Positions 14,601 to 28,421 are shown, counted from the whole stretch's first letter. The stretch: 63,920 nt of DNA, filler included, from Octopus bimaculoides (GCF_001194135.2; 5 parts of 5 records of this genome joined end to end with filler, not necessarily neighbours in it), one strand, 5' to 3'. Numbers and translations are program-made. The notes: generated by a model from the sequence alone, not told the origin.

Positions 14601-14799
14601 NNNNNNNNNNNNNNNNNNNNNNNNNNNNNNNNNNNNNNNNNNNNNNNNNNNNNNNNNNNNNNNNNNNNNNNNNNNNNNNNNNNNNNNNNNNNNNNNNNNN
14701 NNNNNNNNNNNNNNNNNNNNNNNNNNNNNNNNNNNNNNNNNNNNNNNNNNNNNNNNNNNNNNNNNNNNNNNNNNNNNNNNNNNNNNNNNNNNNNNNNNA

Positions 14800-14968
14800 G
14801 GGAGGAGCTAGTCGATTAGATCGACTCCACTATGCAGCCGGTATTTGATTTATCGACCCCGAAAGGCAAAGTCGATCTCGGCGGAATTTAAACTCAGAAT
14901 GTAAAGACAAACAAAATAACGTTAAGCATTTCGCCCGGCGTGCTAACGTTTCTGCCACCTCGCTGCCT
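14800..14968 (-). mobile_element. tRNA-derived SINE, family B
   Basis: Reverse complement has A-box-like TGGCAGAAACGTTAG and B-box-like GAGTTTAAATTCC, then the GTCGACTTTGCCTTT...GGGGTCGATAAA central block shared with several other copies in the window. Confidence 0.8.
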
Positions 14969-15508
14969 TGCGTATACAGGCATATTGTAGCTACCATGGT
15001 CTTTACTAATTGTTTTAAATTGCTATATAGTAGTGGGCGGTGTTTGGCAGACACAACAGCCTACCACATTTGACTAAGAGTTCCCCCATACGCCTGGCAG
15101 CTGGAGCGTGACTGCCACACCCAAGCACCAAGGTGGCACGGAAACGTAGCTGAAAACAATAGGATAAACAGTACAATAATAGGATAAATAGTTTTTTTAT
15201 CGTTTCGCTATTTTTTCGTTTCACTTTTTGCTGTTTGACCACAACTATTATACTGCGCTCGTAATTTCTTAAGGATACCATCCTCTCATTTAAGACAGAG
15301 CCTATCTCCTATATGACTTCATTTCATAGAAATGTCTACTATTCCAAAGAAGTCAGATTTCTTGTATTGATTCACCTTTTTGTTTTTGAGGGTTTTTTGT
15401 CGTTATTTATTATGATGTTCCGTATATATCAACTTCATTACAGAATATTTAGACACGTTTCAAAACTTCTTTTGATGTTCTGGTTGTTCTTATTATTACT
15501 GAAGAGGT

Positions 15509-15677
15509 GAAGGTAGCGAGCTTGCAGAATCGTTAGCACGATGGGCAGAATGCTTAGCGGCATTTCGTCCGCCTTTGCGATCTAAATTTACATTCCACCG
15601 AGATCGACTTTGCCTTACATCATTTGGGGATTTAATAAAACTGAGTACCAGTGAAGAACTGGAGTCGATGTAATCGA
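15509..15677 (+). mobile_element. tRNA-derived SINE, family B
   Basis: aaggtagcgagcttgcagaatcgttagcacg...gagatcgactttgcc...gagtaccag...gtcgatgtaatcga aligns in reverse orientation with 14800-14968. Confidence 0.8.
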
Positions 15678-17360
15678 ATATATATGATTGATCTCTTTAA
15701 AATCCTAACCATTCGGTATATTGAGTTGTATGTTAGACATCTAACGTGTCCCTTCCCTATTAAATTCAATGAGGAAATATTTGAGGGAGATCTGGTGGTC
15801 ACTTTCAGGAGAATGATCTATATCATAGCAAAGACAGTTAGATCAAGTTGCCAGCTAGATATATATAATTAAGGAACAGCATGACCGCAGCCACTTGGCT
15901 GAAACACATAAATAAATAAAATATACATTCGTTGTTGTTTTTAAATTGTTTTTTCTATTGACTGCCCAACTGAAATTGGTCATAAACAACAACGGAAACC
16001 ATGATAATGTTAATCCTTGACTCTGTCTATTTTCTTATTTCGTTCCTCACGCATTATTTTACAATATTTATGTCAATATCAATTTCTCTCTCGTTCACCG
16101 CCTGTCTTCTCCCTCACTATTTCTATCTATACGTCTATCTGTCTGTCTGACTGTCTATCTATCGATCTATGATAAAATCATTTCCTTCTGTGTCGTTTCT
16201 TTTTTCATAACCTCGGGACATGGTATGTGCTCAAGAACATCTCTTTCGTGAATGCCAACGAATATCTAGGAAATAACAATTTACTAACAGAAAAAAAAAA
16301 GAAAAACATTCTTGTACGTTATTGAGTCACAAGTGATTTTATTTCTAACCTCTTCTTTTAAGAACTACTCATCATTCGCATACTTTATGTTGTACTAAAG
16401 AATTACTACAGTTTAGAATAAGCATAATAAACCGATCTCAAAGACCCATTAATATGTGAAAGTAGAGACTGGTATACGCATGTCATTTACTAACTAACAG
16501 AGGGAGACAGACAGACAGAGACAGAGACAGAGAGAAAGAGAGAGATATGTATATCTATGTAAGTTCATACAAATGCATATACATATGACATTTACTATGT
16601 AGTTCGTCGAATTGTTTCTTTACTACATAAGGTGGTTTCTAACAAAGTACAATATCGCTAAGGCAATCCACTACAGAACCTCAGTAGCAAATGTGAGTAT
16701 AGGACACAAGGACACAGTTGCTAATATTTATAAGACTTATCTTTATTGTTTATAAATAATATTATTCTGTTCTTCCGTTAGTCTCATCAAAAATATTTCT
16801 TGTAATTATTTTCCAAGGATATTTATTTATTCAAACATAATGTATTCATTTCCTTTTATTTAATCCATTTTGTTTTGGTTTGTCTTTTTCCATCGATTGT
16901 ATGAAATGTTTTTGGCAAGAGTAGAAATATGCAAAATGTCATTAAAAGTTTTAGAAATAAATTATCCTTCCTTATGTTTGATCTACCTTCCGGGACGACT
17001 AACAACATTAATAAAGTGGATATGGCTAATTGTTTGCTGGTACTTGCCAAGTTATTAAAAGTGTCCATTTTATGTCCATTTTATGTTACAAGGTATTTCT
17101 TATTTACGGTTGATTCGTGGTGAGCTAAATAGCATCTCGTAAATTAAGTCGCTGGCTGGCAATAGATTATTACATTACCACTAGTGAAGATGGCACATAA
17201 TCAAAAAAATTACCAAACATAATTGATATCTCTGTATTGTCTATACGAATGTCTGTGTTTGTGGTGTATGTGTCTACGTGTGCAGCGTTTATTAATATGT
17301 GTATATGTATGATTGTTTGTGTGTACGTGTATGTGTATGTGTATGAATGATTGTTTGTAT

Positions 17361-17442
<82 letters not shown>

Positions 17443-17625
17443 NNNNNNNNNNNNNNNNNNNNNNNNNNNNNNNNNNNNNNNNNNNNNNNNNNNNNNNNNN
17501 NNNNNNNNNNNNNNNNNNNNNNNNNNNNNNNNNNNNNNNNNNNNNNNNNNNNNNNNNNNNNNNNNNNNNNNNNNNNNNNNNNNNNNNNNNNNNNNNNNNN
17601 NNNNNNNNNNNNNNNNNNNNNNNNN

Positions 17626-17657
<32 letters not shown>

Positions 17658-17877
17658 CATGTATATAGGTATACCATGTCATATCTTATCTAAGTGGGAT
17701 AGAGATCAAAAGTTAAAATACTTGGAATATCAATAGCAATATTTTGCAATGTTAAATTAATGAGTTTGCGAAAATAGTACACCAATATTTTGAATGGCAA
17801 TTTTATATCAGATTCTTCACACACACACACACACACAATCTACTGTTCCGTGAACTAAATATATATACATACAAATA

Positions 17878-18744
17878 CGTGCTCTGATTAATAAGTAATC
17901 GGACTATTGCCATAGTAACGAGCTAAAGTACGCAGAGTGAAGCCGCTCGGCACAGATTTACCTTGAACACCGGTGTGCATGTGCACTAAGTTTTAACATT
18001 CTAGCTCTCTTCCGCTATTTACAGCAGTAATTGGAAGGAAGGTGTGTAATGTGTAATCGTGGCATTGAACATAACAGAGAAAGTTGAGCAGAGATTCTGT
18101 ATCAAATTTTGCTAAAAGCTTGGCGATACCTGCTCAGAAGCTTATGCAAAGTTTTCAAATAATTGTCATCGTTCTCGACACAATGAAGATCTTGTGCAAC
18201 TGAAACCCGAGTGTCCTTTTGGTTAGCTGAAAGCTGTTTTGGCACAAACTTGGCAGACACGCATATCATACCCAAATCTTCAGTGATAATAGAGTGAATA
18301 AATTTTAACTAATTTCCACATGATAATTCGACGATTTCCCTCAGCTGCACGCACATCTATGATGTTCTTCTCAGGTCTGCTGGTTATTTGTCTCCATGAT
18401 CATTCGTCAATATCGACATTTTTTTGGCCATCATGGAAACGTCTGAAACACTCGCACACTTGTGTGCAGCTCTTGCACTTCCCTTCAAACATTTCTGCAA
18501 TTTTGCATAGGTCTATCAGCAGGTATCGACATGATATCTTCCTCGATCATAGTCAATGCGACTATCACACGCTACACACCTTCCGTTCGAAGCACTGCTG
18601 TAAACAGCGGAGGTGAACTAGAAGCGAAAACTTAGTGCACGTGCACAGCAGAGTTCAAGGTCAATCTTTGCCAAGTGGCTTCACTTTGTGTGCTTTAGCA
18701 TTGTTAACATAGCAATACTTCAGATATTTATTGATGAGACCTCG
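17878..18744. mobile_element. Mariner-derived element made of two facing 5' halves, flanked by TA
   Basis: The left arm (+, 17878-~18150) and the reverse complement of the right arm (18744 downward) align over about 270 bp. Left arm encodes EKVEQRFCIKFC*KLGDTCSEAYAKF; right arm reaches IITEDLGMICVSAKFVPKQLS. TA at 17876-77 and 18745-46. Confidence 0.85.
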
Positions 18745-18799
18745 TACATGGATTGACAGACAGTCATACAGACGGACTGACAGATTGATCAATCGGCCA

Positions 18800-18818
18800 A
18801 TATATGATAGATAGATAA

Positions 18819-18886
<68 letters not shown>
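18800..18886. repeat. (GATA)n microsatellite; representative of many (TA)n, (CA)n, (GATA)n, (CATA)n, (TAC)n, (ATT)n, (CT)n tracts across the window
   Basis: Direct inspection; other long examples are (TAC)n ~19227-19330, (TG)n 25869-25929, (ATT)n ~37670-37758 and (TCTA/TCCA/CATA)n 52613-52748. Confidence 0.98.
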
Positions 18887-19272
18887 TGATTGTGTGCTCA
18901 TTGAGGTATATACTCCGAAAATAATTCTGCATAATCACTTCTTGAACCTGTTTGCTCTTGTTTGGCTCAATCTACAGGTTTCTTCTAAAATTGAAAAACA
19001 GGAGGAATTTGCATGGGATTATGTGTTTGCAATTATCTTCACCCCTTGTATTCGCCAATGCTTATTTTCTGTATTTGTATATCCATTTATTATCGATTTT
19101 TACTATCTGTTATTAAAAGTAATGGGGAAAAACTGCGTGCGATAATATTATTAGACTGTAAATATCATCCAACTATAAGGAACTAATATACGCCTTGCTG
19201 CTGCTATTAATGATGATACTACAACAGCAACTTTTGCCGCAATCCATACTACTACTACTACTACTACTACTG

Positions 19273-19332
<60 letters not shown>

Positions 19333-19857
19333 TATGTACTATAGATTCACACTTTTGATATTGATATGAATAGAATGACTGTATTTGCTCATGATCCAAA
19401 TTTTATGCAACAAAATGATTCCATATTTTTCCAAAGCATTTATTTGATTCAAGCAACACAATTCTCTTTTTGTTTTGTTTTGTCATATAAACATTTGATC
19501 TGCCCCTGCGGCTGCTGTTGGCTCCGTCGCTATGAGTATAACGAAAGCGTAATTCTCATCAGTGCGGCTAGTAATATGATAGCGTCAGGTTGTATACGTT
19601 TCTGTATATAAATCTCACTTTCACCATCAACATAAAACAAACTATTCAAACTAAAGAAAAAAAGACACATTATTGAATGCTTAAAACATATTTTAGTACA
19701 AGAAATAAGTTGCATCTAACACGGTCAGGTTGTATGTAACTTGTATAAACTCCATTGCAACATTTTAGGGAATATATAAAAACAAAAACACAAATGCTTG
19801 ACAAAACATCTAATATTACTATTGTTTTCAAATTTTGACACAATGCTAGCAAGTTCA

Positions 19858-20010
19858 CGGGATGGGGTAAATCGATTCCAAGACTCAAAATGGTATCTAT
19901 TTTCTCGATCCGAAAAGATCTATAAAATTAGTCGACCTCGACGGAATTTGAACTCAAAACATGAAGACGGTCGAAACATCACTAAGCATTTCTACAAGCT
20001 CGCCGCTTTA
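19858..20010 (-). mobile_element. tRNA-derived SINE, family B (diverged)
   Basis: gtcgacctcgacggaatttgaactcaaaac...aagcatttctacaagctcgccgct matches the family B copies. Further partial copies at ~27770-27955 (-), ~37072-37200 (+), ~37370-37445 (+), ~57985-58075 (-) and ~60232-60385 (-). Confidence 0.7.
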
Positions 20011-23000
20011 AAATGTGATACTAATATTTTGTAAAGCATCTTAAATGAAAATTATAATTTCTAAATAGTTATTGTTTGGATATTTATATATAAAACAAAG
20101 TCATAGGAGGTGATTTAACCATTCGGTCCCGCAGCAAGTTACGACCGAGTTATTATGACTGAGACACAGTAATCAACATCTAGTAATAAATAGAAGACTA
20201 ATGTGAGACACACAGTCTACAGGTTAAAAAAAAAATAGTCTTTAATTATAATATCTGTCTATCTACCCACGTTAGCAAGACGATTTTATTGCCGAAAAAT
20301 ATAACATTAAACATTTAATTAAAAGAGGATTATACGAATACATTAGACACGCACACACACACAAATGCACACATATTTACCTCCTATTATCCATCTATTT
20401 ATATATATGCTTGTATAGATACACACGCGCACACTTACGCACACACACTACACATTATATATATATATATATATGTGGGTGTGTGTGTGTGTGTGTGTGT
20501 GTCTAATGTGGTAACTGCCTAGATATCTAGAAAAATCTGATCTGTCGGAGCTTTAAGATAAATTTTCGGGAAGGCACCATCCCAACATTAAGAATCATTA
20601 TTCAGCATTGGATCTGAATGTAAAGTGAGTTTGTAGAGAGTAAGATTTTTTTCTACTAAGGTAATAATAGGAAATTATCTGTTATAACGTACCTCATTTC
20701 AGAGATGTAGCTGGATACTCCGATGCTCCAGTTAAAATGCTGTTTACATTTTGCCATCGTGCTGGTTCGTGGCACAAACATAAAAATAAAATTAAAATGA
20801 AGAAGTTCACGGGAACGCTGCTAATGTTGTTTATTGCGTGACATCAACCAATCGTTCAAAATAGTCTCAGATAACACATTTTGGGGCGAACCATGGACAA
20901 GCCCAAGCCATTTATAATAAATTATATTTCAGAAACTTAAACCTGTTTCATTAGATACATATTCAAACAACTTAGTCGCCAAGAGATTAATATGAAATAC
21001 TATAGCCATTGTGCTTTCATATGATCATCAATGGTTGATGTCATGAACGAATGAGCATAAAGAAAACTGTTCCACCAAATAGAAACGATCCAAGATTGGT
21101 TTTATTGTAACAATAGGATAAAATCAAACGTATCATCTGTAAAGAGCAGAAAGCACAAATGTTACAGAAGCAAGATTAAAGCCCAAGACTCACAACAACT
21201 GTTTCTGAAATAGTCAAATACCAATGTCGACTGAAATTTAGAAGTATAACAAGAACATCTACTACCAAACGAAAGAGACGGAACTTCAAAACAGTGCTGA
21301 TCTCAGAATATATTAAATTGCAAACACTTGGCTCAGTGCGAACATTATTTGCTTACCAGATATTTGACTCAATAGTTGCAGACAAGATGAGCATTTTGAT
21401 GGATGTACAATAGAATCTTTCTGCCGCAAGAAAGTTGGTTTCATCACTTCTGAAAGGGAGTTTAAAAGAAAAAGAAAATCTTCCAATCATTCCGAAAAAC
21501 TATGAATGGATATGTTTCCATCTTTTAGATTGGTGACTAACTTTCAAATCCAACATTGGATTCTCATTCTGATCTTCAATCTTTGAGTTCGAAACGAATT
21601 TAAAGTGGGTATTATTATCATTACTTTTATTATCATTTGGAGCATCAACATAGAAAGATAGTTTTTCCAGTCACATGTAAAATATTTGTGAGATTCTTAA
21701 TCAGCCATCCCCAGCCTCTGGTGAAATAGTTTCTACTGCAACCTCAATATAGAGCCACAATCGATATTATCCTCTGAGCAAAGCAAGTGCAAAGAAAAGC
21801 TGAGAACAATTGAAACTACTCTGTTTTGTTTCATGTTTTGTAAAATACACCTGACAATTTGCCAGAAGGTATCCTGTGGATGCTTCTTCAATATTTATTT
21901 GTCCAAATAATTTCACTTTACTGAGTGAAGGAGTGAGAGGCGACGGTACGAAGGCTTCGGTTTTGTAAAAAAATGACATATTCTAAGCATATTTTATTTA
22001 CACAACAAAACTCTCTTTGAAATTGATACTTAAAGCTAAGATCTACCAACACGAATGACAATGGTCAAGGCATGATGGAAGAAGGTACTTTCGTCTCAAA
22101 TACTTCTCAGTGAATAAACCACTAAGACAGATTGAAAGGGTCTCCTCCTTCAAAACAAGCTAAAAGTAGCGCTTACACTAGCTGGAATTCAGACAAAATA
22201 TTAGGAAACTGAAGACCATAAGCTTTCCACCAGATTCCTTTCTTTTCTCCTCAGAACTAATCATTTTCAAGTCCGAATCAACAAAAAAAGTAGGTAACTG
22301 TAAAGAAACTAAAATAAAATTATAACTATCTCGGCCTAAATCAAAACGATCTTGTAATCTTTATCCACGCTCGTTTGTAATCATTATCGCTTGTAATATT
22401 TATCCTCGCTCGTTTCACCTGAATATTGGTCTTTCCTTCCATTAGCACCATTTGAATTGAGCGAAGAATGAATTAGAAATAAGGTGGAATACTCAGTTAT
22501 TTATATAGCTAACTATATGTGTGTGTGAGAGTGTGTGTGTGTGTGAGTGGGTGTGTGTGAGTGTGTGCGTATATGTGTGTGTGGCTAAAAGTGTTTGCGT
22601 GTAAATGTGTGCGTACGTGTATGTTTGTTTGTTGGTACAAGCTAGAAAAAAGGAATCCATAAAAGAAGATGAGATAACTCGGCTGAAAGATGGGGAGGGA
22701 ATTTGATATTATATAAAGCGGTCCTTGGGGTAATACTTGGTAAATAACTGGTGAATAAAAGCAGAAAGTCAAACAGTGAAACATGAAACCTTAAAATCGT
22801 AGCATTATTAAAGAACTAAGGAGAAATCTAACAGTTCAATTGGGAAGTTACAATATTATGAATTTATAATTATTCACAGCATTTGTATCGGAGGCGGCAC
22901 ACCAGAAAGGAACATATTCTAATAGTTATTTTGTCTTTTTATTACAATTTTAATTCTACATCAAGGTTGATTTAATAATGTGCTATTAGAATTATTGTCA

Positions 23001-25230
23001 TATAACAACAGAGAATGTGTTAGAATTTATTGTATTAGTTATATAAATTTGATAGCAGCGTGTATCATGTACCAAAGAAAAAATATTTCGTTTATTGTTA
23101 TATTGCTTCATTAAAAGTTAGAAAGCTGTGTTTTGCTTCATTAAGCGATTCTACTTTCCGTTTGTATGTAATTATTTTAAATGGATAACATAAACCATCA
23201 TCATTATTATATACAGTAGTATATTTGGATTTATGTATGGTATATACAGTTGGGAGTAATTAAATTATTTTCGTTTTCTAAGTGCATCAAAAAAAAATAG
23301 TCATTTATGAAAGTATGCGCTTTTTTTTTCATTAGACATTTATACATCATATTCTTTCTAATTATTATATTTTTCTTGCTTTAATATAAATGAAATGAAA
23401 CAACAAAATATGATCTACGAACCCGAATTAATAATATAATTAATATTGCAAATATAATTAATTGATATTTGTTTTGCAATTGCTTAAATTTACGCTCTTG
23501 ATCAGACATCAGTTTCCATCTTCATAGAGTATGTTCTAAGTTGTGTTGCTCAAAGACAGGACGTGAGTGATTAAATAATACATTGGAGCCTAAATAAATT
23601 AGGTTGGCAAAAGGTGTTTTCTAATTGGAAAGAAAAAAAGGATTATTTTTTCTTCTTTCCTTTTTAATATCATTCATTAATTTCCAAACACGGTTATTTG
23701 TAAAAAAAAAAACAAAAAAAAACAATAAAATAAAGATAGAGAAAGAAGGAAAGAAAGAAAAAAGAAGGAAAGAAACAAAGAGTGAAAGAAAAAGAAATGA
23801 AAATATCAAAAGAAAGAATGTGGGCTAAACAAACACTGTTGGCTATATGTTAAAAGAATAACCACTAATATTGATTTTTGACATTTGCGCACCTCCATAT
23901 ATTGCAGGCAAGAAGTACCGTCGATTATATTGAATCTCTACATGATTGCCACTTACATTATCGACTCTGAAGGGAGGAAATACAAGGACAATCTTAACCA
24001 GATTTGAAATCAGTATTGATAAAGAATTAACTAAATATCATATATTATACCATTCGGCACGTTTAACGTAGCACTTTACGGTTTTTGCCTCTTCACTGCT
24101 ATGAGTAACAATTTAAATTAGTTATCGAACATCCGCTCTACTAATATGCTATAATCGCTACCACAGATTGCAGATTTCAGCATTGTCTCAATTTTATGTA
24201 TTCAAGAACGAGCAAACAGGGAGTTAATTGGAACTTCACTACTATTTTATTGAGTCCACAAGTGTGAAAATCAAAGAATGCCTTTGAAATTAGAACATAA
24301 GTGGACTTTCTATTATATTGAATGGCAGTTTACTCGATACTCGTGCAAATATGTTACATGGATTACTACACATTTTAAAAAAGAAAATTCTAAGCTTCAT
24401 TTTTCTAACTTTGGCACAAACCTAGATCTTATTGGCGATAATAGTCAATTAAAGTGGCTTTAGTTCTTGCCTGCTACATACGTAATCCCTGAAATATAAG
24501 TGCAGAATTAAAAAAAAAAATCATTCTTTTACATAGAGTATGCAGCACTAGGGCACCGAATCAACAGCGTCCAAAAGTATTAACCCCTTATTGGCAGGGA
24601 AAAAGTGCATGCATATGTGTAACAAATGATAATAGATGCATCGCCTTGTTTTATGATATCTAGGACATTATCATCTTCATATAATACATTTGATAATGAA
24701 AGAAAATCTCAAAAATGAAACATCTTGATCGCTTTGTAAATCTTCAATATAAGTGAAGATTATATACAATAGTGGAGTATATAAAAACAAATTATTTAGA
24801 TATACATTTTCTAAATATTGCATACATAATCGCAAAGTTTATATAGACATAATGTTCAGAAATATGATTCTTCTAATATTGAAAATATGTTATAGCCATT
24901 AAAATTCATATAGAAATATTTAAACATTATTCTCAAGGCAAAAATTGCAGCTGGATATTGAGATCCAGATTATTACAAGTAATTTAAAATGTGTCTGTAT
25001 AAGGCAAACGATAATGAAAAATCAAACTGCTTGCTTCAAGACAATTTTAATGTACGTAGAAAACGTGTACACGAAACTGGTACATACAAACAAACACAAC
25101 CTACGTACATATTTATTTGAACATTTATGAATATGAGACTGTAAACGTTTTCATTTGACGCAGTGAAAGAAGCAATTTAGTCAAAAATGATATTGTATTG
25201 TAGAAGGTGAGTTAAAATGCAAGCTCTGCG

Positions 25231-25261
<31 letters not shown>

Positions 25262-25864
25262 GGTAGCTATAAATTTTGAAATCCTATATTCTGTACCGAA
25301 AATACTCAGGATCGTAACGTAATAAATTCGGCTCGTGCCGTACCTCAAGTCAATTTTTCCAGCGTCGATTAAAGAGAGAGTCAAATATGAGTCGTCAACA
25401 ACACTGAGTATTCACCTCCCTGAAACTTGTTAGCTCTCTACTATTGCTCACATGATTTTATTGCCGATTTGTTTTTCCATTTGTTGCAGTGAGTGAACTG
25501 CGATCATGCAATGGAACCATTTTTAAGAGATTTTCTTCAACAAAGGATCCCAGTCTCTTATTCGGAACTACTGCTTTACAAAATAATAAACACACTAACA
25601 CACTTTATTAGAGACAAAATCGCACTGACATGCACACACATGTATATACATGTGTGTGAATGTATGCGAAGAACTTCCACACATATTCCGCCTACGATAA
25701 TCACCCACAAATACAAAGAAGAAGGTGCTTATAGATGACAAAGAGTTTTTTTAATTTTAGTTATCTTTTTACCGAACGGCTATCTTACGGGAACCTAAAC
25801 GAAGCAACACTTAGTGCCATATGTGGGAATGGGTAATAGACAAAATCAATGACATATTCATATA

Positions 25865-25929
<65 letters not shown>

Positions 25930-25973
25930 NNNNNNNNNNNNNNNNNNNNNNNNNNNNNNNNNNNNNNNNNNNN

Positions 25974-25985
25974 TTAATTAATTAA
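25974..25985. other. Artificial scaffold linker TTAATTAATTAA inside a 100-nt N gap (also 37803-37814, 46829-46840, 60148-60159)
   Basis: Identical 12-mer with stop codons in all six frames, each flanked by exactly 44 N on both sides. Confidence 0.95.
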
Positions 25986-26102
25986 NNNNNNNNNNNNNNN
26001 NNNNNNNNNNNNNNNNNNNNNNNNNNNNNTTAGTGTCCAATGAAGTAAAGATACGGATAAGTGAGCAGGCCACACTTCTGGCAGAGGTCCCAGTTTATGC
26101 TC

Positions 26103-26315
26103 TCACTTGGCTTGCCGGGTCTTCTCACGTACTGCATATTTCCAAAGGTCCCGGTCACTAGTCATTGCCTCGGTGAGGCCTAAAGTTCGAAGGTCGTGCT
26201 TCACCACCTCGTCCCAGGTCTTCCTGAGTCTACCTCTTCCACAGGTTTCCTCAACTGCTAAAGTGTGGCACTTTTTCACACAGCTATCCTCATCCATTCT
26301 TGCCACATGTCCATA
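26103..26315 (-). mobile_element. RTE-clade LINE, ORF C-terminal fragment
   Basis: YGHVARMDEDSCVKKCHTLAVEETCGRGRLRKTWDEVVKHDLRTLGLTEAMTSDRDLWKYAVREKTRQAK*; homologous to 30060-30275. Confidence 0.9.
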
Positions 26316-26328
26316 TATATATATATAT

Positions 26329-26387
26329 CCATGCCAGCATGGACAATGGCCACATGATGATGATGATGATGATATTGATAATGATGA
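26329..26387 (+). mobile_element. RTE-clade LINE extreme 3' end with (GAT)n tail
   Basis: ccatgccagcatggacaatgg...gatgatgat is nearly identical to the terminus at ~30622-30657. Confidence 0.75.
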
Positions 26388-26959
26388 CATTACAATATCC
26401 TTTAACATACACAATATTTTATACTATAATTATTTACTTTTAAAAATAACAGTATGGGATTCAACAATATAAAAGTCTAGAATTTAATTGGATACTTACT
26501 GTTTGAACTGACGGAGGAATAAATAAGCAAAAACTGCTATAACCAGAAGGAGAATAACGATGATAATTCCAAGCCACCAATAGGGAAAGACAACTGTAAA
26601 TATACAATAGAATCAATTTATGTAATATATCAGTAATAAAGGCATATAGTATCTAGATATTTAGAATATTGGCAATTTTTTTTCATTAGATACAAGGCCA
26701 AATTTTTTAGGACTGGATTACCTTGATATATTTATTCATCAATCTTGGAGGATAAGAAAGATGATAAGTTCAATCACTATGGATTTGGAGTCAGAATCAA
26801 GAAGAGCAAAGTTAAATATGGCAATATATTAAGCCCTACACTTTATTGTCTTGACCATCTCTATTGAGTTTACATATCTAGAATACTATTATTTAACAAG
26901 ATCAGAAAAAATATAATGGTGAGATTGAATATCATGTGAAATTCAGGTGAATTTTTTCC

Positions 26960-27660
26960 ACCTATCTTTATGTTTAGTCTTCTTGATCTTGCTGCCATGG
27001 CCGGTGACTTTAATGGATATATTGGACAATGTGATGTTGGCTATTCCAATGAAGACAGAGAGTATGTTATGGAATATAGAATGAAAGATGAAGACTCTTG
27101 GAGATTTGTGGCACAAGTGACCTAACCATTTTACAACACAAACATAAGAAAACATGTCAGCTACCTTGCATACCAATCACTCGGGCAAACATACAAGCCT
27201 GATTCACTTTAGACTTACAAGAAAACAGAATAGACAGGTGATTTGAACACTGATATACCAAAGTAGTCCCAGACGCAGAAGATAATTTGAAAAAGAGAGG
27301 TATGGAACTGAAAGATATCTCAGCAATCTACGAGTTCAAAGAAGGAGGAAGCAACTTATAATATAAAAGACAATTATGAGATAATCTGCTGGGAGCAACA
27401 AACAAGATCTATAGAAGGTTCCAATCAAATAGAAGATGGCATGATGGAAGTTGATCAAATGGAAGATGATCCATGTAATATTCTTCTTAAACAATTGTAA
27501 GTCAACAGACTCCAGATGAAACATGAACAAGGACAGAATTCCTGAGCACCAACACTTTGGCAAGAAAGGAATGGGTAAAGTAATTAATATGAAGCCTGTG
27601 GAGACATATTATGGGTAATGAGAGTGAAAGAGGTAATTGAGGAAAGACTGAATGGAAGTA
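26960..27660 (+). mobile_element. Old RTE-clade LINE fragment, APE endonuclease C-terminal half and linker
   Basis: AMAGDFNGYIGQ (GDFN motif) followed by a degenerate LEIC..SDL...KK segment in a shifted frame. Confidence 0.6.
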
Positions 27661-28302
27661 ACACAAGATCTGTCAGTTCTGACAGCAAAGGTCATTGTAG
27701 CAGTGGTAGATAATGCAGTGAGGAGACAGCATGTTTTTAATTTTAATTATGATTCGTAATGTAAACACAGGGACCACATATTTATGAGGAAAGGCACTGT
27801 TGATTATTCTAGGTTCAGCAGAATCCTGGAACTTATTTTATTGACTGTAGATGAATGAAAAGTAAAGCTGACCATGGGAAGATTTAAATTCGAAATGTAA
27901 TGATGTGCAACTAAATATCAAAGGCTGATGTACTGCCAATCTACCAATGCACCATTCTAATACATTAGTGTAGCTAGCGTGTGTGCCACCCGGGGTGATC
28001 CTTCAATCTGTCACACCTGGGCCGCCACAAAAAGTACATATTGCCTACAGCAGACCCAAAAGTGGCACCACACCCATAAAAGTGCTGCACAGGGCAGACC
28101 ACCCCCTCTGTTCCCTTCTAGCTACACTAGCGCTCTAATAATAGTTAAAGTTATGCTACACATACTGTATTGTATACTGAAATTCCATCATTGTTTTAAT
28201 ATACAATTTAATACACCATCTGCACCACCTTCATCATTGTAGGTAGTGGCATCATAATTGTTGTTCTTTTTACAGCTTTGCAAGCAGCTTGGTTAGAAGC
28301 AT

Positions 28303-28421
28303 TCACTCACCTTCCTCCCACTCTTACCTTCCTCCTACTGTCACATTTCTCCCACTCTCACCTTCTTCCCACTCTTACCTTCCTCCTACTCTCACATTCC
28401 TCCCACTCTCACCTTCCTCCC
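28303..28421 (+). repeat. 17-bp pyrimidine-rich minisatellite (cactctcaccttcctcc-like), about 7 units
   Basis: Direct inspection; unit variants recur with 51-bp periodicity. Confidence 0.85.

Noticed and set aside
19520-19570. CTGATGA (minus) and ctatga...gaaa (plus) as another hammerhead
   Set aside because: No GAAA partner on the minus strand; on the plus strand G5 is missing and stem I does not pair.
21400-22260. Peptides faintly like PLE RT (IEDQNENPMLDLKV on minus; IRKLKTISFPPDSFLFS on plus)
   Set aside because: They lie on opposite strands, catalytic aspartates are absent and similarity is too weak without an HMM search.
24070-24105. Minus-strand tagca-GTGAAGA-gg...cc-GTAAA-g-tgcta, a second hammerhead-like trace
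   Set aside because: G3 has no C8 partner, stem II is only 2 bp and there is no stem III or cleavage triplet; worth revisiting only if the 47673 variant is confirmed.
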